A stretch of 64,000 nucleotides of DNA, from assembly GCA_964016885.1 (NCBI GenBank), contig OZ024743.1, positions 316,448,001-316,512,000 of the forward strand. The letters run 5' to 3'. Below are positions 1 to 13,950 of the stretch, piece by piece. Both the position numbers and the translations under genes were made by a program. The number at the start of each line of letters is the position of its first letter. Positions within the stretch are counted from its first letter, which is position 1. The notes under the pieces are model-generated. The model was not told the DNA's origin. It did not search any database and was given only the letters and a program-made list of their open reading frames with translations. The DNA comes from Eledone cirrhosa (taxonomy: Eukaryota).

Positions 1-264
1 TTTAACAAGAATCTGAAGCCACTTACAGCAATGTTTTATTCAACAGTTGAATTATTTCATTTGGTAAATCCTGTGATAGGTCCACTATAGGATCCAAGTG
101 TAACAATTTATGAAGTGTATATAGAAATTCACAAAATTATTATTTAAAATATTACTTTCCAGAAGAGTAGGAATAACATTTATTGCAATAAATTTTATTC
201 TAATTCTTCTGAAATGTGATGTTTTAAATAATAATTTTGTAAATTTCTATATATACACATATCT

Positions 265-620
265 ATCATCATCATTTAATCTCCATTTTCTATGCTTGCA
301 TGGATTAAATGGATTGTCGTGTTAAAAGACAAGTCAGGTCCAGAGACCACGTCGTGCTCATACAGATCTGTATTTTGGCTTAGTTTCTATAGCTGGATGC
401 CATTCCTAAATGCCAACCACGTTACAGTGTGGGCTGGGTGCTTTTTGTTGTGTTACCAGCACAACCACCTTACAAAGTAGATTGGATGCTTTTTGTCGTG
501 TCACCAGCATGACCACCTTACAGGATGGACTGGGTGCTTTTGTTGTGGCACCGGATCAGCATACCAGGTGAACTTCATGCTTCTTGTCATGGCAACGACA
601 TTGTGGGAAATCAGATGTAG
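265..620 (-). mobile_element. SINE / RTE-LINE 3' tail fragment ending in (GAT)n
   Basis: Reverse complement of the recurrent tail ccatgc(t/a)agcatggaaaatggacgttaaa(cgat)gatgat that also ends the RTE copies near 37300 and 52890; contains the family motif ttctacagctggatgccc/ttcctaa. Confidence 0.75.
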
Positions 621-924
621 AGCATGTCTAGCTTTCGTGCTTGTATGTGTGGGTTGGGCAGGCAAGGTATCTCAGGGTTGGGGGTCTGGAGGGGGAAAGA
701 TATTTCTATAAGAAATCTGTTGAAAATGTATCTAATCTTATTTTTTCACAATGGAAGTAATGACATTAGGAAGACAAAAGTGTGCAGAGTGAATTGCATA
801 CATTCCTGTGCATGTATGGTTTGGGGGGGAGCTTGCTGGATGTGTCAGTTACTGTCAGACAATCAGCATCTGGGATGCTGTACTACTTACTTATTCCATT
901 ATCATTTCACCTGATTTTTCCAAC

Positions 925-1200
925 AAATATATTGAGTTCCTGAATACCATGTTAACTGGAGATGAGATGTGGGCATGTAGGTGGGACTCAGAAAGCAATG
1001 CTCAGTCATCATTGTAGAAGCATGAATGAGCCATGGCTCAAACACACACATCAATTTCAGAGTAAAATCAAAGTGATGCTCACTGATTTCTTCAATTACT
1101 GAGGAACTGTGTATTATGAATCCGCACCAGATGGACAAACAGTTACAAAATAGTACTTCCACATCTTTGTGAAGTTGTTAGGTTCAAGAAACCAAATTTG
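925..1200 (+). pseudogene. Degenerate mariner transposase fragment
   Basis: Translates to FLNTMLTGDEMW...DSESNAQSS and QSKIKVMLTDFFNY*GTVYYESAPDGQTVTK*YF, matching mariner motifs ITGDETW, SKIKVMLTVFF and GQTVN..YY; contains internal stops. Confidence 0.8.
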
Positions 1201-1534
1201 AGAGCCTTGCCGTCACCATTGTCATCATCATCATCATCATCATCATCATTTAATGTCTATTTTTCTTTGCTTGCATGGACATAGCTGATTCCTGGCAAAG
1301 AAAGGCATTTCTGTAATTTGTCAACCTCCTTAGTTTCCAGACACGAAAGAATGATATAAACCCCTGGCTTCAAACAGTATGTTTTGATATATTTTGTCAG
1401 TTCTTTTACCCACAGTAACTCTTTTGAATTGAAGTCTATTTATATTTCCCTCCTTCCAGTATTATTACTTGCATAACTTACCTCTACTGTCTGTTCCAGT
1501 TGGAAGATTTTTATCATTAATATTTGTTTATAGA

Positions 1535-1890
1535 ACAGTGGATTGGTAGAGCATCAGGCATGTTTTATGGTACATAGTTGTGTCCCTTAACGTTCTGAGT
1601 TCAAATCCCACCAAGGTTAACTTTGCCTTTCTTCCTTACAGGATCAATAAAAGAAAGTACCAGTAATGCACTGAAGGCAATTTAATCAACGTTCCCTTTC
1701 CTTTCAAATTGTTGGCCTTGTGCCTAAATCAGAAACCATTATTATTATGAGGCCCGTCAAGGTTAGCTTTGTCTTTTGTCCATACAGGATCAATAAAATA
1801 AAGTACCAGTAGTGCACTGGGTCGATTTAATCGATTTTCCCCTTCCCTTCAAATTGCTGGCCTTGTGCCTAAATCAGAAACCATTATTAT
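1535..1890 (+). mobile_element. tRNA-derived SINE, one copy plus a partial tandem copy
   Basis: A-box-like gtggattggtaga, B-box gagttcaaatcc and body aactttgcctttc..gtcgataaaataaagtaccag. Related copies at ~7300-7920, 13765, 24990(-), 27755, 28840, 34540, 39250(-), 51230(-) and 56330(-). Confidence 0.8.
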
Positions 1891-2179
1891 TTGTTTATGT
1901 AATGCTGCTTGAAGTACACTGTTTATTTACATGTCTTTATATTATTGTGTTGTCTCATATTCATCTTTGTGGGCTGTCATTCTACCGGATGTAATATTAT
2001 ACAATCCCACCCTTATGCACAAAATTTCATTGTACAGATGTTGATCACTGAGGAAGATAGATGCTTATGTTGGTTTGTGCAACGTGTTCCATTTTTCCAA
2101 GTGTAACTTTGCTATTATTTGTTATACTGTAATGCTATGTGGGCCCACTTTTGATTATATATATATATGCCTAGTAAAG

Positions 2180-2675
2180 TGGTTGTGATGGTGATACAGC
2201 AAAGAGCACATAGTCCATCCTGTTGGGTGATCATGTTAACAACACAACATGACACAGCAATAAATGCCCTGTCCACCCTGTAAAGTGGTCATTTTGGGGA
2301 CATGACAAAAGCACCCAGTTCACACTGCAAAGTGGTCATGTTGGTGACATGATAAAAGGTACCCACTCCTCATTGTAAAGTAGTGTTTCTGGTGCCACAA
2401 AAGAAAGTGCCCAGTCCATACTGCAAAATGATTGTTTTGGTGTCATGACAAACAGCATTCAGTCTACACTGTAAAGTGGTTATTTTGGTACCATGATAAA
2501 AAGCACCCAGACCACGCTGCAAATGTTGGCATTAGGTAGAGCATCCAGCTGTAGAAACCAAGCTAGAAACAGTTCTGTATAAGCACAACATGGTCATCTG
2601 ATCTGACATACCTCACAATGGGACAACTTCTCTAACCAATGCTAGTGTGGATAAATGGATGTTAAACGATGATAA
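2180..2675 (+). mobile_element. SINE / RTE 3' tail with internal ~45-bp tandem subrepeats
   Basis: Repeated cactgtaaagtggtc units; ends gatgttaaacgatgat next to a (TA)n tract. Confidence 0.7.
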
Positions 2676-4546
2676 TTATATATATATATATATATATATA
2701 TACTAACACACGACAGGATTTTGCAGTGTCCGTGACTACCAAAATTCCTCTTACAAGGCATTGGTCAACCTGAGGTAGTGCACATGACGCCTGTCTGTGA
2801 AATGCGATGCTGCATGGTAATGAACATGGGCAGTGACATGGGAGAGAAATGAAGCAGCTATGCTTTGTTGGATCATCATCATCATCATCGTTTAGCATGG
2901 ATTAGAAGGGAGTTGTCCCAGTTGAGGCAAGATTGGTCGGGTGACCGTGTCTCACTCATATAGGACTATCTGGTAGGTATTCTCCGGCTGGATGCCCTTC
3001 CTAACACCAACCACATTTACAGTGTGGAACTGAGAACATTTTACCATGTTACCTACACGGCCACATTACAGCGTGGACTGTGTGTTGTGCAATATAAATG
3101 TGAGAGAAAGGCAGAGCTTGGATAAACTGAGGGAGAAGCTGGGTTTAAAATGAATCCGAGGTGGTGTACAGGAGAGAAGACTGTATTGGTACAGACGTGA
3201 TATGTATGGATGATGATTAATTGATGAAGATGTGCCAAGAAATGCCAGTGGAAGAAAGCCGCAGTCGGGGTAGACCGAGAAAGACCTGGGCAGAGGTGGT
3301 GAGAGCTGACCGCAAGTCACTGAGACTCAGAGGAGATAACAAAGAAACACAAATGGAGAAATGCTGTACTGATAAGTACCCATCCTATTCATCCAAGCAT
3401 CGAAAAATGATGATGATGAGGCCGGATTATTACTTCTGTACTACATGGAGTTCTAACAGCATTATTGGCAATACCATAGGCCCTGCGGGATGAAAAACAA
3501 AACCTGTCAAAGGGCTGAGGAACTCAATGGAGTCAATGGCCATCCAATAAAGTATTTTTTCTTTTGTGGACGAGAGACATCTCTCTAGGAGATATAAAAT
3601 CTGTGACTTTGTTTGCATCCAGTAATATAGTCCAGTTCTTCTTTTTGGGTAAATGCATTCGATGTTCAGAGAGTGGGACTGGCCCCATGTAAAGCCTTTC
3701 CTCACTTAAAAAAAGGTTCAAGCACAGGCATCCCTTGATATGTTACATTTTTTGCTGACCATAGGTGGGTCCCTAGCAGGACTAGGAAGCCACGTCCGTG
3801 ATGTTCATGCTTAAGTATCAAGCGATGGCTTTACTCAAAATCGAGTTGCTGCCATCATTACCACCACCATCATCATCATCATCATCGTTTAATGTCCATT
3901 TTTCCACGTTAGCATTGGATAGACGAATTGTCCCGTTGTGAGACAAGCCAGATCAGATGACCACACACACGGTAATTTAATTTTAATGATGATTAGATTT
4001 TTATTTTGAGAGGGTGAAGGGGTGTAATCCTATGTGTGTGTGTGTATGTGTGTAGTTAATACTGTTTGTGGATGCTTTTGTCATTATAACAGATGCATAG
4101 TGCGAGTCTTTGTGTGTATATTTGAGTGTGCGCATGTGTTTGTGTGTGTACATGTGTCTCTGTGTGTATATTTGCATGCGTGTATGTGACTGTATCTGAG
4201 TGTTTGTGTATATGCCCGTGTGAGCGTGTTTCTGTGTGTATATTTGAGCGAGTGCATACGTGGCAGTGTGTCCGAGTGTTTGTGTGAGGGTGTCTGTGTG
4301 TATATTTGAGTGGACGCATGTGTCTGTGTATTTATGTTCTAGTATGTATGTAAGCGTGTCTATGTGTGAGTGTGCGCATGTATTGGCGTGTATGAAATGT
4401 TGACTATACCTGCATCCTCAAAATTGTTACAGATTTTGTCATGATCTAGTAGTCGGAACGAAGACCTGTTTTTGTGGAATTGTATGAAACAAGGAGGATA
4501 GTGTAATACATGTCATATAGCTATACACAGACACACACACACAATA

Positions 4547-4603
<57 letters not shown>

Positions 4604-4989
4604 ATAATAATAAATTTGAAGACTAAAATCCAAAGAGGGCTTAAACTTTAATCTGTTATTTTAATAAATAAATATATATATATATGAGAAAGAAAGAAAG
4701 AGAGAGACAGTGAGAGGTGAGAGAGTGAAAAGTGGGTAGAGAAAGAGAGACGAAGTAAAGGTAGGAGAGCGAGAGAGATATTACGAGTGAGAAGGAATAC
4801 CTGAAAGGTGACAATGAACAGCAACAAAAGACATGGGAAACGTGAGAGAGAGAAAGTGATGGTTTAAATTAGAATGCGATAAAAAGAAATATTTATAAAG
4901 TCATCACTTTCAATTTATTTTTTTTTGCCTCCAAACCTTAAAGAACGGAGCTATTAAATGTGTAGAAGTTCAAGGAATACAACGTGTGT

Positions 4990-4991
4990 GT

Positions 4992-5037
<46 letters not shown>

Positions 5038-5837
5038 CATAAATATATATATGTGTGTGTGTGTACACACATATATATATGTGTGTGTACACACATATAT
5101 ATATATATATGTATAATATATATATATATATATGTATAATATATATATATATGTATAATATATATATATATGTATAATATATATATATATGTATAATATA
5201 TATATATATATATATATGTATAATATATATATATATATATGTATAATATATATATATATATATGTATAATATATATATATATAATATATATATATATGTA
5301 TAATATATATATATATATATGTATAATATATATATATATATATGTATAATATATATATATATGTATAATATATATATATATATATATATGTATAATATAT
5401 ATATATATATATGTATAATATATATATATATATATGTATAATATATATATATATATATATGTATAATATATATATATATATATGTATAATACATATATAT
5501 ATATATATATAATACATATATATATATATATATGTGTGTGTGTATGTATATGTACATATATATATATGTGTGTATATATATTTATATGCATTTATGTGTG
5601 TGTGTGTGTATGTATATGTACATATATATGCGTGTGTGTATATATATGCATTTGTGTATGTGTGTATGTATATGTACATATATATATATGTGTGTATATA
5701 TATATGCATTTATGTGTGTATGTATGTATATGTACATATGTATATATATATATGCATTTATATGTGTGTGTGTGTATGTATGTATATGTACATATATATA
5801 TATATGCATTTATGTGTGTGTGTGTGTATGTATGTAC

Positions 5838-5889
<52 letters not shown>

Positions 5890-5900
5890 GCATATATATA

Positions 5901-5950
<50 letters not shown>

Positions 5951-5991
5951 TTTATATGTATATATATACTGTATATATATGTTATACACAC

Positions 5992-6029
<38 letters not shown>

Positions 6030-6030
6030 A
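4990..6030. repeat. Compound (TA)n/(TG)n microsatellite
   Basis: Units of (TA)n-GTATAA followed by mixed TA/TG; source of the spurious YI-repeat ORFs. Confidence 0.97.
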
Positions 6031-6059
6031 TAATGGGTGCATTAAGTATGGTACAAGAA

Positions 6060-6735
6060 TATAGAAAAACTAAACATTTTTTGCTGTTAAAGAAAACAAG
6101 AAAGAAGGAAAGGGTGGGTGTGTCTGTGTGAGAAAGAGAGAAAGAAATAGTGAGAATATATATGTGTGAGAGAGAAGTAAAGGGGAAGAGAACGAGAGTG
6201 TGCATGTCTGTGTGTGAAGAAAGTGCGTGTTTGTGTAAGAGAGGGTAAGAAAGGCGAATGACGAAATAAAGACTTAAGATTGAGAAGTAAATAGTTGAAG
6301 AATAAGTGTGTTGGTGTTTAGAGAAATAGGAGGAGATATATAGAGAGAGATGGAGTGAGAGAAGGTACGTGAAAAAGAGGAGAGAAATATATATATCTAG
6401 TGAGAGAGAGAGACTATAAGCAAAAAAGAGAGAGATATAAGGAGAAAGCGTGACATAACAAGAGAGAGACAGAGCGACACAACGAGAGAGAAAGAGTGAC
6501 ATAGCAAGAGAGAGAAAGAGAGACAGATAGGATAAGAGCAACGGAAAAAGAGATGGGGCAAGTAGAAGCGGGTAATAACCTAAGACATAGAGAGGTAAGA
6601 GCAATAGATCGGGAAAGTTAAGGTAAGCGAATGAGTGAGTGTAAGAGAGAGGGAGGGAGGGTAAGAGCGACAGAGAGACGTGGTAAGAGTGATAGAAGAA
6701 GAGAGAGAGGGTAAGAGAGAGAGAGAGAGAGAGAA
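6060..6735. repeat. Degenerate (GA)-rich low-complexity tract
   Basis: Strongly purine-biased degenerate GA repeats. Confidence 0.85.
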
Positions 6736-6917
6736 TATGCGGTAGAAGTAAGCCGAAAGTGATTTTGGTTGTTGAGAAAATCATATCTGGAACTGCAGTA
6801 AGTTGAGAAACGGAAAGCCTAGCTTGGATGGCTGTATGTTGCTGGATATTAGTCTCACCATAATTCGACACAATGGGTAAGTTAAGAAATCATTTTAACT
6901 ATTATCATCATTATTAC

Positions 6918-7290
6918 TATTTCAGGTTTCACTTGAAGTGGAAAATCAGGGTAGAGAGGGAAGTGTTGTTTGTTGTAAGGTGGATGTGAGAGGCGAGCAT
7001 GGCCCGAGTAAATGGGCCCGCTCTGAGAGTACGCCTGTAGATTGGAGGAGGACAACTGGGACAGGACACTTGCCCGAGAAATCAGGGTACCCGTGGTTTA
7101 ATCGTTTTTTTTTCTACGAGCAGCCCTCGAACGTCTCTTCCCGTTGTTAAAATGTTTTACTATTATTAAACGTGTTTACACGCAAAACCCACACACCAAC
7201 ACATACACACACTCTCTTTTCGTCCTGTGCCGTTCTAATGTTTTCTTAATGTAAACCCTTTGTGGTAAATAAAGAAATTATTATTATTGT
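6918..7290 (+). mobile_element. 5'-truncated L1/Tx1 LINE (ORF2 C-terminus plus 3' UTR)
   Basis: 6921-7040 translates FRFHLKWKIRVEREVLFVVRWM*EASMARVNGPALRVRL*, homologous to the end of the 58947 ORF (FRYHFGRRIRMEREVL...ARMARVNGPSLYTIL*). It ends cctttgtggtaaataaagaaat, like the full element. Confidence 0.88.
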
Positions 7291-8614
7291 TGTCGTCATA
7301 TAACGTTGGCTCTTTATCTTCTAATTTCAAATCCCACCGAAATCAACTTTGTCTTTCATCACCCAACCAGGGTCGATAAAATAAACTACTGGGTCAATTT
7401 AATTGACTTTACCTTACCTCGAAAAATTGCTGGCGTTGTGCTTAAAATAGAAACAATTATCATTAAAATAATAATTATTATTATTATTGTTATTATTATT
7501 ATATAAAAACAATTATTATTATCATCATCATCATCATCGCCGTCATAATTTTATGCTTATTTCATATTTTATTAAATTGTCTCAATTCTCGTTTTTTAAA
7601 AAAAAGAAGAAGATATAACTTTGTCCACCCTCAAAGGTATAGTAACTTCTTTGTTTATGTTTACTGCATTCTGTGTGAAAGCCTTTTTGGCTAATAAAGA
7701 AATCCTATTTATTCGAGGTTAGCTTTTCCTTTCATCCATACGGGGTCGATAAAATAAAGTACCAGTACCCCCCCCCCCCCCCCAATTGTTGGCCTTGTGC
7801 TTAAATCATTATTTTGTATATGTGTCTGATAAAATAAAGTACCAGTAACGCACTGAGTCGATTTAATCGACTTTTCCCTACCCCCAAATTGTTGGCCTTG
7901 TGCCTAAATCAGAAACCATTACCATGCAGTATCGGTAGAGTTGGACGGACTCTATGAAATCAATCTCGTTGTTATGTCTAACTAATTAAATAAATTTATT
8001 GTTTGTTTGTTTTTTACGTGCCTGAGTTATGTATTCTATCAAATATAATAAATATGATAGACTGGAAAGATATGGTGGGAGTTTAATGTCTAGAGCAGAC
8101 TAAACAGTTTAGAAAGGCGTGATGTTTAGAAAGATGATGCTTAGCTCCACTCAACTTTGACCAAGCATTTCATTCGTGATCCCGTCTTCTTTTGGGGGTA
8201 ACTAGAACTATTTTATGTAATGTGGCCTAGAGAAACAGAGCTAGATGAAAAGAGACGGAGCTAGATAAAGATAGATAAACGATGAGAGAGAGAACGAAGA
8301 AAAGGATTCTGTTTTGAAGGCATTTTTTATTCTTTTACTGGTTTGTCATTAGACTATGGTCATATCAGGACAGCGCTTTAAAGAGAATTTAATCGATTAT
8401 GTCGACCCCCAATACCTTTTTTTTTTTTATATCTGGTTATTTTATCGATCTCTTTTTTTGTCGAACTGCCAAGTTACGGACACTAACACATACGTAAACA
8501 TACACACACACACACGTACCGATATATATATATATAAAGGTAAACAATATATATATATATATATATTGTTTACCTTTATATAGAGAGATAGATTTATCAA
8601 TATATATATATATA

Positions 8615-8901
8615 TGCTTCTCCAGAATAACCCCTCCCCCACATATAAGATTATAGTGTAATCCGAAATAATTTATTCAAAATTAGGGTTAGGATTAACT
8701 CATATTTTGTTTGTATGGCTGTCAGTTAATTACAGCAAGCTGATTGAATTAAACCTAAACCCTAACCTTTTAAGGTTAACCTAACTCTAACTCAACCCCA
8801 AACCTTAATCTTAACACTAATTTGGAATAATTTAGTTCGGATTATGTTATGATATCTCATTTATATTAATATATTAGGGGTTTGGGTCTATTCAGGAGAA
8901 G

Positions 8902-8903
<2 letters not shown>
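8615..8903. mobile_element. MITE-like fold-back element with internal degenerate TTAGGG/CCCTAA repeats
   Basis: Termini tgcttctccagaataaccc / gggtctattcaggagaagca; further subterminal complementarity (aatccgaa..ttattcaaaattag / ctaatttggaataa..ttcggatt); located in a (TA)n tract. Confidence 0.7.
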
Positions 8904-8941
<38 letters not shown>

Positions 8942-9268
8942 AAACGCGCACACACATACACACGACGGGCTTCAGTAGTTTCCGTCTGCCAAAATACAGT
9001 GACAAAAGGCAATAACATACTAGAGATGAGTCAATATCTTTCGCTAGTTTACCTCTTCCACATTTTCTCTTCCCATGTTCCTATGTAACGTCTGTTTACC
9101 TTGTTATTCATTGTATTTATTGCAATAACACTTGAATCTCTCCTGTTATTTCATCCTTGTTTTATTTTCGCTTTGCCATATATTTTGTCTATCATCCCCC
9201 AGCATTCTTTCTTTTATTTTTGCTTGACACGTTTTCTCATAGTTAATAGGGCAAGCTTAAGTGTGTCG

Positions 9269-9301
<33 letters not shown>

Positions 9302-9367
9302 TATGTCCCAAGGCTCTGATACCATCAACACTATACACACAGAGCTGGCATATCTAAGAACTGACTA

Positions 9368-9423
9368 ACTGCCTGATGAGGTCATAGCCATTCAATGGCT
9401 ATCATCGAAATATATATACCAGT
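9368..9423 (+). ncRNA. Minimal hammerhead ribozyme-like motif
   Basis: ACTG-c-CTGATGA-G..ATAGCCA ttcaa TGGCTAT..C-GAAA-TATATA-TA-c-CAGT, then AATAAA; one stem I mismatch. Confidence 0.6.
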
Positions 9424-9464
9424 AAATAAAGGATTATGAGTTCATGCAATTGACTTATGTTTCG

Positions 9465-9507
<43 letters not shown>

Positions 9508-9671
9508 TAAATGGAAACTATCTTTATAAAACCATATTTATTTTATTATATATATTTCAAGGGTACCAAAATTTAAACATATATATATTTCAAGGGTTCC
9601 ACTATTCAAACAGAACTTAAACCGATAAGTTCTTGGTTTGGGATATGTCACTATCTATAAAACAACTTTTG

Positions 9672-9732
9672 TATTTTATCTGATGAGACGTACCAAACAT
9701 TTTGGTACCTTTGAAATATATATAATAAAATA
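9672..9732 (+). ncRNA. Minimal type I hammerhead ribozyme motif
   Basis: TATTTTAT-CTGATGA-gac-GTACCAAA cat TTTGGTAC-cttt-GAAA-TATATA-TA-ATAAAATA: 8-bp stem I, 8-bp stem II, palindromic stem III, AUA triplet. Confidence 0.75.
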
Positions 9733-9934
9733 AATATGGTTTTATAAAGATAGTTTCCATTTATTAATATTATTGATATTATACTCCAGAAAAATGCTGT
9801 AGAGTGCTTTGAATCTGTTATAAATAAATTTATTGAATAACCAATAATTAAATAACTCTTTGCTTATGTATATATATATATATATATATATCAATAATAT
9901 TAATAAATGGAAAATAACTTTATAAAACCATATT

Positions 9935-9995
9935 TATTTTATTATACATATTTCAAGGGTACCAATATTTTAGTACGCTTTCATCAGATAAAATA
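9935..9995 (-). ncRNA. Minimal type I hammerhead ribozyme motif (family of 9672)
   Basis: Minus strand reads TATTTTAT-CTGATGA-aagc-GTACTAA..TTGGTAC-cctt-GAAA-TATGTA-TA-ATAAAATA. Confidence 0.7.
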
Positions 9996-10204
9996 CAATA
10001 TTAGGTTTAAAGATAGTGACATATCTTCATATGAACTTTATGTTATAAGTTGACGAAAGCGTACAAAATATTGGTACCCTTTAAATATATATAATAAAAT
10101 AAATATGGTTTTATAAAGATATTTTCCATTTATTAATATTATTGATATTAATTATACTCCGGAAAAAAACTTTGTTGAATAATCAACAAAACAAATAACT
10201 CATT

Positions 10205-10560
<356 letters not shown>

Positions 10561-10579
10561 ACACAAACAGTTAAACTAA

Positions 10580-10611
<32 letters not shown>

Positions 10612-10765
10612 ATTTATTTTATATGAAAACATAATTTCTACATGACTAGAACTGTATCATTTGGGAAGTAATTTCTATTTAAAATAAAGATACCTATGAG
10701 GATCTACCAACGTATTGAGTACCCTTTTTTAACTGTTGTCATTTTCCCGATCCCTATCGAGAATC

Positions 10766-10822
<57 letters not shown>

Positions 10823-11033
10823 AGAGGGAGAAAAGAGGGAGAAAGAGACGATTATGAGGAAGAAAAATTTTTTTTTTCCTTTTTTTTTGTGTCTCTCTCT
10901 CTCTCTCTCTTTTTCTGGGTTAGAAAATGATTAAAACGAAATGTTTTACTTTGTGTGAAGTGTTAAGGTATTAGTTGATTTATTTATTATTTAACAATGG
11001 CATTTATTTATCTATTTATATATTTAATTATTG

Positions 11034-11076
11034 TCTATTACCGGTTTCTGCATTTATATGCATTATCAAATGATAG
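11034..11076 (-). ncRNA. Hammerhead-like motif with U3-A8 core variant
   Basis: Minus strand reads TCAT-TTGATAA-TGCAT ataa ATGCA-GAAA-CCGG-TA-ATAGA. Confidence 0.5.
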
Positions 11077-11619
11077 TGAAATGTATTAGTGTGGTGTCGC
11101 ACATGTTAAACAGAAGGTGCAGAAAGAATAATGTTATTTACAAACAAGGTTTATGAAGTAAAAAGAAAAAGGAAAAAAAAACGTGTATAATGTGGAACGT
11201 AAAAAGTCAATGTGTAAGAAAAGTTAATGTTATTTACAAGCACAGTCATTGAAGTTAAGCAGTTCAAAATGTGTTAATATCGCAAGAGTGTTTAGTTGAA
11301 CCATGGTTCCGTGATGGTTCAACTAAACACTTAGTGGTTTGGATGTTCGGCAAAAATGAGTTGTACCTGTAATTCAAGGAGCCAACCATATCACACTGTA
11401 TACCATGTTGAATCTCCCCGAGAATTACGCTAAGGACACATGTGTATGTGGAATATTAGTTTCACTAGCAGGCTGTTCCACGTTGATAGATATTCCCTTC
11501 CCTTTGTTTTCCTCCAGTAAATTTAAGTTATTCTGTGTCGCTTAGATTATATCACACTACATAACATGTAGGTATGGATGGATGACTAAGTAGATGCATA
11601 CATATATGCATTTTATACA

Positions 11620-11682
<63 letters not shown>

Positions 11683-12621
11683 TTGCATGCATGGATACAT
11701 GCATCTATGTTTACATGTATTTTTTTTTCTTCGTTCTAAGAAGTGGCCGTACTCGAACAAGAGCAGACATTCCACTATGTGTGTGTATATATGTTTGTAC
11801 TTGTATGTATGTATGCTTTTTTGCATACGTGTATATATATAAGTATGGATGGGTGAATGGGTGTATACATATATGCATTTATGCATGCATATTTATGTTT
11901 TCATGCATGCATTGATATATTCTTTTATACGTGTATGTTTGCATGAATGTATGTATATATATACTTTTATGCGTGTATATATGGATGGATGCATGTATGT
12001 ATGGATGCTTGCATATATGTTTTTATGCATCTATGTTTGCATGCGTATATTTTGTGTATGTACGTATGTATGTAGTTATGCCTGTATGCGCGTATATATA
12101 TATGTATGTATGCATGGATGTATACACATATGTATACACGCATAGAATGTATGTATGCGCTGATTTAGGTATGTATGTCTGCATGTATGTATATATGTCT
12201 GTACATCTGTCTGTATGTATGCATATATTTTTGTATGTCTATGTATGTATGTATGCATGTCTGTATGCATGTATATGTATGTATGTCTATGTATGCATGT
12301 CTATGTATGTATGTATGTATGCATGCCTGTATGCATGCGCGTGTGTGTGTGTATTTATGTATACGCGTGTTTACTCCTTTTTTACTGAAAAAAAAAATCG
12401 GTCAGGTTTCCAGTAAAAAGTTATGAATATTAATTAAATGCAGGTGATATGAAGGGCGGCGGTGGTGATATACTTTATATAGTAAACACAACTAAGCTGG
12501 TATTTGAGACTTTTGAGGGAGCAGGGCCGCTGACAACGATGTTTCTATCATTGTTGGCTTTCTGGTGTATCATGTGATGCTCATGGTGTGGGTGCTTAAC
12601 TATTTCATTACCTTAGTCTCG

Positions 12622-13735
12622 CTGAAGTATCAGGTGATGCCCTTGGTGTATGGGTTTAACTATTTCACTACCGTAGCCTCGCTATTACCCTGCTTTACTG
12701 AAGTATTAAGTGGTGCTCTTGGTAAAGGTACTTGGCTATTCTAGTAACTTAGCCTTTCTATCACCCTGCCTTACTGAAGTATCAGGTGATGTTCCTGGTA
12801 AAGGAACTTGGCTATTCTAATACCTTAGCCTCGCTATCACCCTGCCTTACTGAAGTATCAGGTGATGCTCTTGGTAAAGGTACTTGGCTATTCTAATACC
12901 TTAGCCTCGCTATAACCCTGTCTCACTGAAGTATCAGGTGATGTTCCTGGTAAAGGTACTTGGCTATTCTAATACCTTAGCCTCGCTATTACTCTGCCTT
13001 ACTGAAGTATTAGGTGATGTTCCTGGTAAAGGAACTTGGCTATTCTAATACCTTAGCCTCGCTATCACCCTGCCTTACTGAAGTATCAGGTGATGCTCTT
13101 GGTATAGGTACTTGGCTATTCTAATACTTTAGCCTCGCTATAACCCTGCCTTACTGTAGTATCAGGTGATGCTCCTGGTAAAGGAACTTGGCTATTCTAA
13201 TACCTTAGCCTCGCTATTACTCTGCCTTACTGAAGTATTAGGTGATGTTCCTGGTAAAGGAACTTGGCTATTCTAATACCTTAGCCTCGCTATTACTCTG
13301 CCTTACTGAAGTATTAGGTGATGTTCCTGGTAAAGGAACTTGGCTATTCTAATACCTTAGCCTCGCTATTACTCTGCCTTACTGAAGTATCAGGTGATGT
13401 TCCTGGTAAAGGAACTTGGCTATTCTAATACCTTACCCTCGCTATAACCCTGCCTTACTGAAGTATTAGGTGATGTTCCTGGTAAAGGTACTTGACTATT
13501 CTAATACCTTAGCCTCGCCATTACTCTGCCTTACTGAAGTATTAGGTGATGCTCTTGGGGTAGGTATTGACTATTCTAGCACCTTAGCTTCATTATTACT
13601 GAAGTATCAGGTGATGACCCTGGCGAGAGTGTTTGACTATTCTAATGCCTTAGTCTCGTTATTACTTTGCCTTAACCATGTATCAGGTGATGCTCCCGTT
13701 GAGGGTACTTGACTGTTCCAGTAACTTAGTTCGCT
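12622..13735. repeat. 76-bp tandem minisatellite, about 14-15 copies
   Basis: Unit ctgaagtatcaggtgatgttcctggtaaaggaacttggctattctaataccttagcctcgctatcaccctgcctta recurs at 12774, 12850, 12926 and onward. Confidence 0.95.
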
Positions 13736-13764
13736 ATCATCTGCGATGAATTAATTTCATATAA

Positions 13765-13950
13765 GGCGGTGAATTGACAGAGTCGTTAGGACGTGTGTTA
13801 GAATGGCAGAGTCGTTAGGACGTCTGTTAGAATACTTTGTGGTACTCGTTTCAACTCTGCTCTCGAAGTTGAAATCCCGTCGAGGTCAACTTTGCTTTCA
13901 TCCTTTCGAGGTCGATAAAAAAAAGTACCAGTTTAGTACTGGGGTCGTTT
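13765..13950 (+). mobile_element. tRNA-derived SINE
   Basis: ggcggtgaattgacagagtcgttag head and gaggtcaactttgctttcatcctttcgaggtcgataaa body. Confidence 0.8.

Noticed and set aside
3430-3830. Non-repetitive-looking segment with 62-91 aa ORFs
   Set aside because: No recognisable motif or clear splice signals.
4056-6871. Long ORFs rich in YI/CV/HT/SL repeats (also 10148-12426, 17229-17515, 40011-41096, 42301-42707, 50290-50532)
   Set aside because: Translations of dinucleotide microsatellites that lack stop codons.
12622-13735. CRISPR-like regular array
   Set aside because: Whole units repeat with no unique spacers; eukaryotic context and no cas genes.
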